A stretch of DNA of 61,822 nucleotides, filler included, from Sphacelaria rigidula (taxonomy: Eukaryota): NCBI GenBank assembly GCA_964200075.2. It is 11 parts of 11 records of this genome, joined end to end, with 100 filler letters (N's around TTAATTAATTAA, not from the genome) between each part and the next. Parts side by side here need not be neighbours in the genome. Positions count along the whole stretch, not along the records: positions 56,294 to 61,822 come from CAXNAA020026602.1; 10 more parts are not named here. One strand, written 5' to 3'. Positions 61,446-61,822 of the stretch are shown here, piece after piece. A program made the position numbers and the translations under genes. The stretch's first letter is position 1; each line of letters starts with the position of its first letter. The notes beneath the pieces are model-generated. The model was not told the origin of the DNA and did no database searches. It saw only the letters and a program-made list of their open reading frames with translations.

Positions 61446-61822
61446 CATACTGTGCGCTATTTTCGTACCTACATGTTCAACACGAAAAGCTGACCAACGT
61501 CGACCTCCCTTCTCCGGCTCTCAACGCCACGAGTTGCCGCTTGGGCAGGGAGAGCTCGTGATGAGGACGACCCCATCGCTGCGGTTTCGTGCCGTTCGTG
61601 CTGCTCGTGCTCTTTTAAATTCGTGCCCGTCCCGCTTGGTTGGCTGCGAGGGGTGGGGGGAAATGGTCCGCAAGCCTGAGTAAAACAAGCGAAAGGCCAC
61701 CCTGCTGCACCCGCACGTGCCGCCTTGAGATCTTAACAGCAAATTGTGCGAATTGAGGTTTAACTCTGAATTGAGGCCCAAGTGGGCAACCCGACTTGTG
61801 AACTGTTTGTAGCAGAAGTACC

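Noticed and set aside
1..61822. Most ORFs in the six-frame track, including those containing X
   Set aside because: They run into spacers, or are chance or antisense frames over repeats and introns.

Overview
This window is not one locus. It is 11 unrelated contigs of 5529-5530 bp joined by ten artificial 100-nt spacers (N44-TTAATTAATTAA-N44), so no synteny can be read across spacers. The DNA is eukaryotic and repeat-rich, with spliceosomal introns; intron style and repeat content suggest a stramenopile, probably a brown alga (inference). Host genes seen: a multi-exon EF-hand/WD40 gene with a GC-AG intron, a damaged homocysteine S-methyltransferase, and EF-hand (calcineurin B-like) exons. Mobile DNA dominates: Ty3/Gypsy pol and Copia-like remnants, RTE-like LINE fragments, an intron-containing hAT transposase pseudogene, a high-copy tRNA-derived SINE, and MITE families with Sola-like (4-bp TSD), hAT (8-bp TSD), PIF/Harbinger and piggyBac (TTAA) signatures. 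The most unusual coding relic is an intronless PIN/XRN/FEN-like nuclease followed by a Cys-rich CXC-like motif. I found no CRISPR array, rRNA or intact tRNA. All family assignments come from motif recognition by eye, not database searches.
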